A DNA stretch of 64,000 bases from assembly GCF_020740795.1 (NCBI RefSeq), contig NC_067282.1, forward strand, positions 18,089,172-18,153,171. Reading direction: 5' to 3'. This DNA comes from Apus apus. Its lineage: Eukaryota. Of the stretch, positions 39,801-51,400 are shown in pieces (position 1 is the stretch's first letter; each line of letters begins with the position of its first letter). The notes beneath the pieces are model-generated. The model saw nothing but the letters and a program-made list of their open reading frames with translations, had not been told where the DNA came from and did not search any database. A program made the translations under genes and the position numbers.

Positions 39801-40523
39801 TAGATATTTTTCATATTCACCACTGTAAAACAATTATCAAGAATACTCATGTGCAATCCCTTCTAAATACATATTAGTCTACTAGAAGTGAACAATAAGT
39901 TTAACTGGAAAACGTGTCTGCCTGCTTATTAAACAGTTAATAATTGATAACAAACTTGGTTCTATTCAAACCAACCACTGGGGGAAATGCATGCTTATAA
40001 TGATGCATTACACAGTAGAAGGCTTTAAACCAGCTTGCCCAATGTCTCCTTTCTTGCAGCGGCAAGATAGTTTAGTGATCAGCAGAATGCATGGATGTCA
40101 CAACAACTTTCCTCCTGCAGAAGCATGGTTTAGGTAAATTCATTCATATTGTTATGAATAAAGCGCAATACAGATTTCCTTTTCCGAAGTTCCCCACCCC
40201 TCTATGGCCCAAGTTAAATTTTCCAATAATTTGAGTAACAGATAATACTCTGTTGATAAGCCTATCATGACTAAGTTTGCAAAGGGAGACTAAGGTATCA
40301 GGACAATTTATGCTCTTCAAAAGAACAAACAAACAAAAGCAGTTTTGATATAAATAATTCACAGCATGTACTGCAACATGCAGATTAGCTAAACAGATTC
40401 ATCACAGACACACAGAAAAAACTACGTAAGAATGAAAATGATGCCCTTTTAATTAAGTGCAACATTATTCTCACCCGTTATCAGTAATAACATTCCCAAA
40501 ATTCTTTCTGGTGATTTTTGTAT

Positions 40524-40529
40524 TTTATT
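40524..40529 (-). promoter_or_regulatory. PSPC1: Candidate PSPC1 polyadenylation signal (AATAAA on the minus strand; plus tttatt), about 265 nt downstream of the stop codon
   Basis: This is the first canonical hexamer 3' of the stop on the coding strand. A T/G-rich stretch follows on the minus strand. Many other hexamers lie further along, so usage is uncertain. Confidence 0.3.
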
Positions 40530-40792
40530 TTAATCAGATAACTGCATGTTTTACAGCATAGTCACACATTGTATTTTGCTAGTCACAAACACATTGCCTT
40601 ACATAATGATCTGCATAATTTCTCCTCTATACTACAAAGCCTACAACTGAATACAAAAAAAGTTTTACAAAAGAAACTGTTTTAAAGACTACAATAACAA
40701 TAAAACCATTTCCAGATAACAGCTAAAATTATAAAGGCATATCACTGTATATTTTTACTGGAATTTCTAAACAGTAAGGAATGAAATAAGTT

Positions 40793-40978
40793 TTAGTATC
40801 TGCGACGCTTGTTAGGTCCTTCAAAGTTGCCCCCTGGGTTTCCTCTACCAAAGCCACCAGGTCCACCACTCACGGCACCTACACCACTCATTGGCGGCTG
40901 AGGAGTTTCAGAGCCCGTTCTACTAACCAGAGGTGAACCCATCTGTGATGGACCTCCTTGAGGGAATCTCTCATTATG
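40793..40978 (-). CDS. PSPC1: PSPC1 terminal coding exon: [61 protein letters not shown]; stop (TAA) = revcomp of 40793-40795; minus-strand acceptor ...tattag| at 40979-40980
   Basis: The minus strand translates to 62 codons in phase 0. This closely resembles the human PSPC1 C-terminus ([61 protein letters not shown]). Confidence 0.92.
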   Translation of the reverse strand, partial: HNERFPQGGPSQMGSPLVSRTGSETPQPPMSGVGAVSGGPGGFGRGNPGGNFEGPNKRRRY

Positions 40979-43613
40979 CTAATACAAGTCCATTTGGAAT
41001 ACGCCAAATGTGAGTTACAACAAAAACCACAAGTGAAGTTGTCATGGAGTTCAGCAGATAGTCCAGCAGAATCAGGATCACACATAGAGGGAAGAAAGGA
41101 GCAATTCAATTAGTTATTATGGAAAAAGAGCTGGAAATTAAAGAGTGCTAATGTTAGGCTCCAACTTTGTAAACTAAAAATTTAAAACTTAAGTACTAAG
41201 ACCAACCCTCATGCTGAATCTGACTTCATCCTTCCAAACACATCTGAAGCAATACATATTCTCTATGTAACAGAAGAAACAGCAAACAATTTTATACCTG
41301 AGCCCTATTCTGCCTTACATACCAACTACAATGCTTCTCCTTTAGACACACAAATATTGCCAATCTAGGAAAAAAAAAAAACCAACACTTTTGTATTTCT
41401 AGAGACTGCAAGTTCATTTTTTTAATAGCAAAATTAACTTATATACCCACATATCTGTGTATAAAGTGTATTTCAGGCTGTGCTACCTGGCATCAGCCTT
41501 TTGTATGGCACTTCAGGAGTTAAAATCCAGTCCAGATAAACTGACACAACTAGTGTTAAAATGCATAACTGGACTATGCCCAGTTTAAAAAAACCCTACA
41601 TATATATATAAAGCTTAACCAGAAATATCAATGTAAAATGATAATCCAGTTAATGTTCCATATTTATTTTCTGTAGTTCTGTGATCAATATTAATAAAGA
41701 TATACATGTTTACACAGATTTGGCTATAGCAATTAAAACCTAAAATATGCATCTGAGCACTTATAGTTCAGTATTTATTCAAGTGTTTAAAAAAAGAACC
41801 CCACATGATGACATTTAAAACAGTAACTCAGCATAACATATACTAGGTTTATGGGTTAAAGCTATTTTTAAAATCTTATGTTCAAAGATAATGTTTGAAA
41901 AGACTGCAGTAAAACAAAAAGAAGATTGCTCCAAATGTCTCCAGAAAGACTTCAAAAAATCATCCAATTTAAAGAAAACAAAACCTGTATTTCTGATCTA
42001 TAAAACATATTGTCCAATTCTCTCAGTGGAAACTGAAATTAACTCTTACAGTGTTTTAGGAGAGAATCCTCAAATGATCTTTAAAGTGTCTTTCCAACAG
42101 TAGCAAAAATACAGTAAGGGGCCTGTTCCCCCAAATTAAAAATCTTCACAGTCCAAAATGGAAAAGAAACAAAAAAGGGCATCTAATTTGTCCTTCAGTA
42201 GCATGTAGAATAAAATAGAAGAAAAATATATATATAATTTTTTTTAAAACATGCATTTCTAAGTGTCAGCATGTTCTCTACATTTCCATGCCTGGAATGA
42301 CTTTATTAGAAAACCAACAGTTTGAGATAGATACCTTGATTTAGGATACGTGTTCTTTTCCTTACAACTTTTTTTAAGTGTCCATATAATCACAAGAGAA
42401 TGTTCCAGAAGTGACCAGTAACACACTAGTCTCCAGCAAAAGCATCTCTGAAAACAGTATTTTATGAAAAGTATCCCTACATTTTGTGAGGGATAGAATG
42501 AGCTGGCTTGTACAATGTGAAATCAGACCCTCTTCTTTAACTGGTAAAGACCAGAGTCATCATGTATATTGTGCTCAATCAAAATCTCATTTGCCTCTAA
42601 GGAACAAAGGATTTTGTCCAAACTTCATTCTACAGATTGCTCAATCACAGATACTGTTCAGAAGGCATATATATAAATAAAATACAGCTACAAAATACTT
42701 CTGACTTCTATTAAGACTATAATGGAATATTTCTCTCACACCACAACTAGAACATTTAAAATATCTATTTACAGAATAATACTGAAAAATACGTAAAAAT
42801 CAGATTTAAAATTGTATAGTTGTTTCCCTTCGTAAGACATTATAGCTAGGAAGTGTGACTGGCTATGAGAACAGAGCAAAAATAGCTACTGCTTTAACTG
42901 CATCCCAGTGGATTATCTGGTACTGATAAAATATTCCAGGATGTATTCAAGACATTCCTTACTACCTTTGGCTACTGGGCAATATTGTTTTCCCTATATT
43001 GATATAACAGTTATACCCAATAGCTGTTGGCACACAATTTTTAAGTGGCATAATTTAGTGTCATAATCTCATGCTTTCAACACTGTTAGAAAGGAAATAC
43101 AAAAAACACTATTGCTTTAAAAAAATTAAATTGTTTACACAAAGATATCTTCACACTACATAGCTTCCAACATTTAACTATTCATCAAAAACCCAAACAA
43201 ACCAATACACAGAATTTAGTTTTACAAAAAAACCAAAACACCAAAACACAAAACCAGCAAATTCCTGAGTTTACAGAATACTATGGTATGCTGTTTCTTC
43301 TTCATTTTACAGAAGTGTTTTCCTCCTATCAATGAGATTTTCATGACAGGTTGTGCTGTATATTCTAACTTCAATTTCAAGTCTGGTTACCTCACCCCAT
43401 TCCTAAGGGAAGTAGGACCTTCACAGTAATATCAAATAAAAGATTCCCCTTCTGTGTTGAAAATTATTTGCATTAACAAATTTTATCAATTATTTTTTAA
43501 ACAGATTCAAAACATGCAACATATTCTTATTTGGTGTGAAAATATCTTTGGTAACAAAAATGGGCCATGAGACATGAAAGCTATTCAAAGTAATTAAATT
43601 TGTGATACGTTAC

Positions 43614-43783
43614 CACTGTTCCATTATCTGGCATCATTGGTGTTCCCATATTTGCTGCTCCTTCTGGTCCCATGGAAGGACCAGGACCCATTGCAGGGCC
43701 AGGTAAAGTTCCTCTGTTGTTCATATTCATACCCATCATTGGAGGAGGGCCTTGGTTACCAGCAGGTGCTGGGCTAAACGCAT
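43614..43783 (-). CDS. PSPC1: PSPC1 penultimate coding exon: (D)[56 protein letters not shown]; minus-strand acceptor catag| (plus 43784-43785), donor |gtaacg (plus 43608-43613); phase 1 in, 0 out
   Basis: This is ORF 43581-43796 (-) trimmed to its splice sites. It matches the human PSPC1 Gly/Pro/Met-rich region ([57 protein letters not shown]). Confidence 0.88.
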
Positions 43784-45602
43784 CTATGCAAAACAATCTA
43801 TACTTAGAGCTGTCCTATCTGAATTTTACAAGAATAAACAAGCAATTTACAGTATTTAAAAAGCCAAAGGTACAAGACTTCCAATACTTGAAATAAAAAT
43901 AAAAAATTCTTTGAGACTGTACATTTATCTCAATCATTTGACTTTAAACGGATTTTCATTGATCTCTATCATTTTGCATTACATAATCTACCTTGTGTAG
44001 TTGAAAATCCTGAACTACACAGCCAAATACAGGTGTACAGTTTCTGTGCAGAAAGTGTTCATATAGCATATATATGCATTATGCACACCAAGAAATAGCA
44101 AAATCTCAAGTGATTTTGAAGTAATTGGCAGCTGTAAGGCAACTTGGCTCTTCAGGGATCGTAAGATATTAAGGACACATTTGCAAGAACTGTTGTACCA
44201 GTATTAGGTTAACTGTATACAGTGTTAAGAGTAAATTATTCCAGTGTCTAAAAGCAACACAAAAGACAGCACTCAAATTTACAATAAATTATTTGTAATA
44301 TGGCATAAATAAATCTTGCATTTAATGTAATTTATTACAGTATAAGTACCAGGAAGCTAAGTGAAGTTTTGTTAGAACTGAAAGTGACAGAACAGTCTCC
44401 TCCAAAATTCTGATTCACAGTAAGAGGTAGAAGAAAAGCTTAAAGACATCTTTAGAGGAGATCATTTAGCTGTAATACTGAGCTAGGAAACATCACTCTG
44501 CCACTACCCACTAGCATACTCAACAGGCAGTTAAAATTGCCTTAATAACATTTTCTCATGCTGCTAAAGGAAAGAAAAAAGTGATTTTAACATCACATCT
44601 GCTATTATGAAATATCAACTTTAAGACTGGTGGTGATGCATTCTGCCCTGCCCTCCCAACGATATTCTACCCTTTTCAGACAGAAGTGTGCATCCAAAAT
44701 TTGATAATGGAAGAAGACATGCATTTGGAATCTAGCCTATGTTTTAAGTCATGAAAACATCCAAGAATATAATGAAATCTGAGATGTTGCTAGACTAATA
44801 AACTTTCTTTCAAAAATCAACCTCTCATCAGAATTGTAACTTCTTTAGTATTTAATATATAAATGTACATCACTGTAAACAGGCCATTTAGCACAAATAA
44901 AGTACCATGACTACATGCAGGTATGCAAAGTTACATCTTTATTACCTGCCCTGAGTACAAATATCACAGCACTTAAGCATCCAAGATACTGATGCTAAAA
45001 TTGCAGAGCTGGGCTTGATCACACTCATTATGCCAACTGCAAATTGCTTATCCAAAACAACCCATGCAACATGCTACAAGATTATTAGAAGCAATACAGA
45101 AAAATATTCTTATTTTGAAAAGCAGAACTCATTTGAGCTTAGTAATGAGAAACTCCCACGCCTCTCCATACGACACTGAGCTATAACAAAGGTATACACA
45201 AGTTGGATGCTTCTCACCTACTCACAAGCATTATCAGTTCATGTAGCAAGTAGAAGACTGTGCTACAATTCAAGAGAATTACAGTTGAAAATGCACTGAA
45301 ACTGTTTGGTTTTTTTAGTGTCATCCATTTGGTGGCTAAATATGGAAGGAAATGGAGAAGTCTAAACTGCCGATATGAGGAGAAACATTTCTTTTCAGAG
45401 GCTAGAAATAGTCTGCAGGACTATCATGATGGTAGTGCTAGTAGTAATGCCATCAACCAAAAGCAACCAATGCTCTATTATCTCTTACTGGTTTACTTAG
45501 CCTTCTAATTAAACTTAGCCAGTTGGCCACACTCAGATGGTGTTCACTTATCCTTCAACTGCAACAAAGTTCTTAACCTCTATATCATACACACACACCC
45601 AC

Positions 45603-46028
45603 ATGAAGGTGATCAGAGGGCTAGAGCACATCTCCTACGAAAACAGACTGGGAATGCTGGAGTTGGTCACCCTGGAGAAGGCTCTGGGGAGACCTTACAG
45701 CATCCTTCCACTACCTGAAGGGGGCCTAAAGGAAAGCTGAAGAAAGACTTTTTACAAGGGCACATAGCGGTGATAGGACATGGGGCAATGGCTTTAAACT
45801 GGAAGAGTGTAGATTTAGGTTAGACATTACGAAGGAATTCTTCACTGCGAGGGTTAAACAGCTTTGTCCAGGAAAGTTGTAGAAATTTCCTTGGAAGTGT
45901 TAATGGCTAGGTTGGATGGGGCTTTGAACAACCTGTTCTAGTGAAAGGTGTCCCTGCCCATCCAGGGGGGTTGAAACTGCATGATCTTTAAGGACCCTTC
46001 CAACCCAAACCATATGATTCTCTGATAC
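45603..46028 (+). mobile_element. CR1 LINE 3'-terminal fragment (ORF2 C-terminus plus 3'UTR) inside a PSPC1 intron, antisense to PSPC1
   Basis: It translates to MKVIRGLEHISYENRLGMLELVTLEKALGRPYSILPLPEGGLKES, which matches the CR1 ..[29 protein letters not shown].. region. Further CR1-like stretches follow: ..GNGFKLEEC.., ..EEFFTARVKQLCPGKL.., and ..NGLDGALNNLF... It ends ..ctttaaggacccttccaacccaaaccatatgattctctga, the typical CR1 3' end. Confidence 0.85.
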
Positions 46029-48361
46029 TGCTTCTAGAGTGATGCATAGTGACCTAGATTATCAAAATTCTATATTATGACGCCAGTTTCAGGCAGAGTC
46101 AGCTCTGACAGGAGAGGACAACTGGACAGTGTTCAGCAAAGGTGAGAAAGAGGCCCTGCACAGTTTCAGCAAGACTCCACTATGGAATTTTAGCTATGTC
46201 TCAGAGGTCCTCCTAGGAGACCCTAAGAGCTAACCACTTGATTACCCATTATTTTATGTGGGACACTGATGTTAGCAGGTAATTCCCTGGACCAGGTCCA
46301 GTAACAAATGGAAAGTAGTCATCCACTGTTCATGCCACAATGCAGACATTGAAAAAATAGAAAAGTCTTTTTCTGCAATCTGGAGGGCTGAAAAAGCACT
46401 CTCCCAGTGTCCTAATGTCTGCTAAGGTTTGGGCAGAGGTAGCAACAAATCACAGTCAATCATCCTCATCAGTGCAGAGACAGTTCTCAAAAAAGTCTTC
46501 CCCCATACTGAAAAGCTCGGCTGCACCCAGCATTACAGGTCCAGCTAAGCGCTACAGTGAGGAAGATTTTCTCAGAATTCATTTGTCACAGAAAACAATG
46601 TAAAAATGAGTGGTCCTGCACAAGTCAGCCCAATCTGTTGCTAAGGTACTTTGCTTTCTAATAACATTATCATGCAGGTTATTACCATTACTGAAGATAC
46701 TCCAGCACTCCAGTGTCCCACATGATGAAAAGCCACAAATGGCAGATAAAGACTAGTTAAAAATAAAGTTGGAATTACAACAGAAATGTTGAGAAAAGAT
46801 GCTAAAACCAGCAATTAAAGGTCTACTATAGGTTTTGGGGATCAGTTGTTGTGTTTTTTTTGTTGTATTGGTGGGGTTGTTAATGGGCTGGAGGAAGAAA
46901 ATAATCTCTACAGTGACCTAACCTAAAATCCAGCTACTGTAGAAACAAACACTGTATGTACGTACCTATTTGCTATGCATATTTTTTGCCTTTTATAGTA
47001 GTTCACTGTTACTTTTGTTACTAGCTTCTTTTGGAACTACATATTTATTTCTGAAATCATTTGTATTAAGATTAAAAGCAAAATCATAGCACAAAGTTTA
47101 CAAGTGAGACAATGAATGTCACTCTTAAGCATTTATAAATCCGACAAGAAAAGGGCTGTTTACTGATTGCTATAAATAAACATTTAAAATCTGTACATAA
47201 AACATGTATCTTGAGGATCTGGACAACTGGCGTTACTAGTTTTCACAATATCAATATTTACAAAGCCTCCTAATTAAACAAAATTTTCAAGTAGACTGCA
47301 ATAATATGCAGAAGTACAACTATAAGGTAAAAATGTATATTTCACCTCATTAGTTTTAAGTAACTTCATAATGTCTTTTTTTATAATTCTTTTTAAAGCT
47401 CTTCATATCTACACTGAAAGAAAGTGCCTATTTCTATTTTGCGGCTATAAATGTGTCTCAATTTATACGGAAATGGTGAATAATGCATTTTAAGACCTGG
47501 ACAGAGTAGATTCATCAGCCTACAAATTCACATTACTCAAAAGGTCAAGTGACAGTGTTTACTAAATTTTGCTTGTATTTTCAAATTTAAAATATGCAAA
47601 AATAGTATTAACTTTTCTTAAAGTAATAATGTTAATTTACTTAAATGAACATCAGAAAGCTTCCAAGAGATTACTACAGTTTAGTAAGTTTGTTTTTAAG
47701 AAGTATTCTGTTTTGTTTGCTTGTTTAAAAGCAGATTTTCTGGTTATATAGGATTCTAAACTGTTTCAGTTTGCATATATGAAGCAGTGACTAATTCTTA
47801 AGAATGTACTTTTCTAGACTTCACAGTAGAGGTTTATAGCAGTGACAATATTTTAATTCACAGAAGTGAACTAAGAATACTTGCAAATATAGACTTGCAG
47901 TAAATTAGCAGAACACCAACAACATAATTAATCTTTTGTCAGGTACAAGAACTTTTAACAACAGGTTATCAAAACCATTCTATGATTTTAAGCTCTACAT
48001 CATTTCACTGCATGCAACTTCTCTGAATAGGTAGTCCTTTCAAGAGAATGCCAATTACTTTCTGACTAGAAAATTCCTTTTTGTACCAGATTATTCCTAG
48101 ACCACTACACTTCCCTGCCTTTACTGCTTCTGTTAATTTGAACATCATATTTTCCTCCCACAGGTAGTCAAACAATAAAACAGGCACTGGGGAAAAAAAC
48201 AGCTATTTGGAAGCAAAATATGTCAATTTTTTAAATTTCCTAATACTGTTTACTCCTTTTTGCCAGTAGCTGTCACTAATTATTAGTGCTTGAGTAACAT
48301 GTACAGTCCCAAAGAAAAATAAATGTTACATTACAGAAGCCTTTATCCTTCAGATCCCTAC

Positions 48362-48419
48362 CTCCCATGTTTATTGCTCCACGAGGACCCATATCACCCA
48401 TTCTCATTTCCTGTTCTCT
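48362..48419 (-). CDS. PSPC1: PSPC1 short coding exon (58 nt): REQEMRMGDMGPRGAINMG; minus-strand acceptor ctttcag| (plus 48420-48426), donor |gtaggg (plus 48356-48361); phase 0 in, 1 out (g+at = Asp with next exon)
   Basis: The minus-strand translation is flanked by a good acceptor and donor. It matches human PSPC1 (...REQEMRMGDMGPRGAINMG|DAFSPAPAG...). The exit phase agrees with the following exon. Confidence 0.82.
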
Positions 48420-51400
48420 CTGAAAGTAAACATATTTTTCATGGTCAACCTATTATTCTTAGAACTTAAAACATTCCCATTTATTCAATGAAAATAAAAA
48501 TTTTCAAGTTTCAAAATTTTCCACTGATTACAAAAATGCACAAGGAATAAAGTAAACTATACTCCCCTGTTCTTACAAAATAAAATGGAATGGTTACTTC
48601 AATATGGCAGGTTAAATATCATAAGCTGAATTATCAGATGCAGCAGTCTAAAGTTCCCACATAGTTCTGTGATCAACTGCAAATGAATTCATCTTCACGC
48701 AGTGTTTTTCATTATTAAGAAGGAATACATTTACATTTTAACTGTAAATAGGTCTTATTACAGAATTGCCTAAAGGCTGTGGTTCAAATAATACAGTTCA
48801 TCTGGCTTTACAACTCAAAAATACTTTTGTTGGTTGGAAACCAAGTTCTGGTGTGTTATATTATGGTATATAAACTCAATCTGCCAGTTCATCTTTGTTC
48901 AAATAGTTTTGACTTAACTTGGTGCTGGTGCATTCTTTTGATAAATTAAATCATGCGTTCAAATATTGACCATTCTTTTGAAACCAGCATAAAAATGGAG
49001 TATCAACATGAACTATATAACATTTACACTGAAGAGACAAATAACATGTCAAATTGATCCAGATTCAATCAATGCTCAGTCATCCAACAGCAAAAGAGTT
49101 CTGACATTACTGATCATGAACCACAGCCTGATGTGAAACAATATTCAAGATAGTACCCAGAGTGGCAAAAATCAACACTTAGGGGAAAACAAAGCACATC
49201 ACAGATAATGCCAAGGGATTTTAGTATTGCTGTTAACATCAAAAGGATGAAATAGAAACAAATTCGCAGTTCAAAATGAAAACTAATGACACTTACACCA
49301 AAACATTTTTCTCCATTTTCTGCAAGAATGTTAATGCACATTCCATTCTTGAGTGAACACATGCAGACAATAAGCATATGCAAAAAAATTTACCTGACTC
49401 TGAAAATCATTCCATTTGTCATTTAAGAGTATAAGTTCAGGTGAACTTAGAAAACAATTCCATATACTAGGCAACTGAATCAGTCTTACTAAAAGCAACC
49501 TTGGAACTGAAATATTAATCAAATCAAAATATATTCACAGTATATGTATGGTTTAACAAAACTCCTGTTCAGTCATGTTTGGGATTCCAAACTGAGTCTT
49601 CCGTCTTCACACATGTAAAGCAGACACCAGCATTTGACAGAATAGTCAATAGTTTTGTAAAATATTCTGGTATGCAAAATTGTCCTAAGATACATGACAA
49701 AAGGCTCAATAAATTTGTTTCTCATACCGATAAAATGAACTTAACCTAAGATGATTACCCACTGTTTTTAAATAATATGATTTAGTGTGGAGAGGAAAAG
49801 TAAGGCTTCACAACTCAAAGACAGTTTTAACATCCAGATAGGAAGGGCTGCTGATGAACACAAAGAAGGACCTTTTCTTCTGGTTCTAGAACCCAAGTTC
49901 AACCCTTATAACAGAAGATGCAACCACTTTGTCAGACCTCTCACAGTAATGTCAACTGACCCTTCAAGTAAAATCAGCAGCCCTGTTAGGATCAATCATA
50001 CCCACAAACGGATACCAATGAGTCAGTCACAAAATCAGCAGTTTGTAACCTTGTTGGTATTAGTCTGCTTTTACACTTCAGCCTTGACATGAAGAAGCAG
50101 AAGGAAAAGCAGTATGCCATCCCTAATGTCAATCCCTAGCCCAACATACTAGAAACACATTGTGGGTCTCAGTTTATGTCAGTCAGACTGTGTGTGCACG
50201 TGTGTATCTGCCTGTGAGACAACAGGATATGCTACAAACAACAAGACACTCTTTAGTGCAAGAGAAAGTAGCAGATTTTTAATTACTTCACATAACTTAG
50301 TTGAAGTATCTCAGGTCCAACTGTCGGTGGGTGAATTTTTTTCATGTGAAACATGCCATATAAGGCAGGGCCAAGTGCAACATCAGCTAGATAAGGATGT
50401 TAAATACAGAGCTATAAATCTGTACTGGTTACTAGAACTTAATCTGGGGTTGTTTTAGCAAATGATAGAAGCATTGGCAAGCTGTAACATATACTTCTTT
50501 TAAAAAGTAAACTACACTTCCTTCTAGCAACAAACCACTATTTTTTTCAGTCTGAAATGCTACGTGTCTTTAGTTACTAATAAGTGCAACAAGAAAGAGG
50601 TGTATAACATGTAATTTCTACTCTTTTTTATTAGTCTAATCTAAACCTTCAAACTTAACAAAAACATTAAGCAATTATTTGCCATTTTGTAGCTTAAAAT
50701 TTGGTGTTGAAATATTAATATTTTAAAAAACATTTCAGTTATGGACTCAAGATCCATAAATGTGCCTTATTATCTCTGCTGCCTGTTTATCTATCCACAT
50801 GCCTACAAGAATTATTACTATTCCTACTGTTGCACATTCATAACTCATCACATTCTTTTGAATTTTCAGCATGAGGAAATTCATCTCTGTAGTTAACATG
50901 GAATTAGCATCATAGAAAACACTTGATTGAAAAAGTTAACAAACAGCATACATCAACAATGCAATTAAATGCCTCAGGTATGAACTATAAAAACACGTAC
51001 TTAGATAATTTGCCAAAACCTGTATTTGCCGGAGTTCAGATGGTAACAAAAATTCACTCCTATCCCACAAACTTCATATCCTAGACAGTTATTCACTACA
51101 TGAGAGTAAGAAGTTATTGCAGAGGGTTTTGCCCAAAATATGACAGAGAAAGGAATACCAACAGGCAGTCATGAGTGGCCAAACCAGTGCTGGTTTATAT
51201 TCTTAGCCCACCTGAAAGCTTCATTGTTGGATACTCAAACCCTCTGCAGAACATAGCAATGATCACATTATCTTCTCAGAGCTTCTTTTCCTCACTATAC
51301 AGCTGCTCATTCTTCCAATGAGTAGCAGCTGCCCAGAAGCCACTCATAACTACCCATTACCAGGGCATTAAAACTGAGCAGCGAGACAGGAGGGCTACAC

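Noticed and set aside
21500-40790. Possibility of an additional protein-coding gene between the two annotated genes
   Set aside because: There is no ORF with recognisable protein similarity and no exon-like GC or splice structure. The ORFs of 60 aa or more are low-complexity junk on an AT-rich background.
49296-49345. Apparent 21-nt micro-exon on the minus strand (ttcttgcag|aaaatggagaaaaatgttttg|gtgtaagtg)
   Set aside because: Its frames give NGEKCFG or KMEKNVL. Neither matches PSPC1, and the phase required by the REQEMRMG exon is not satisfied. It is probably a fortuitous pairing of splice-like motifs.
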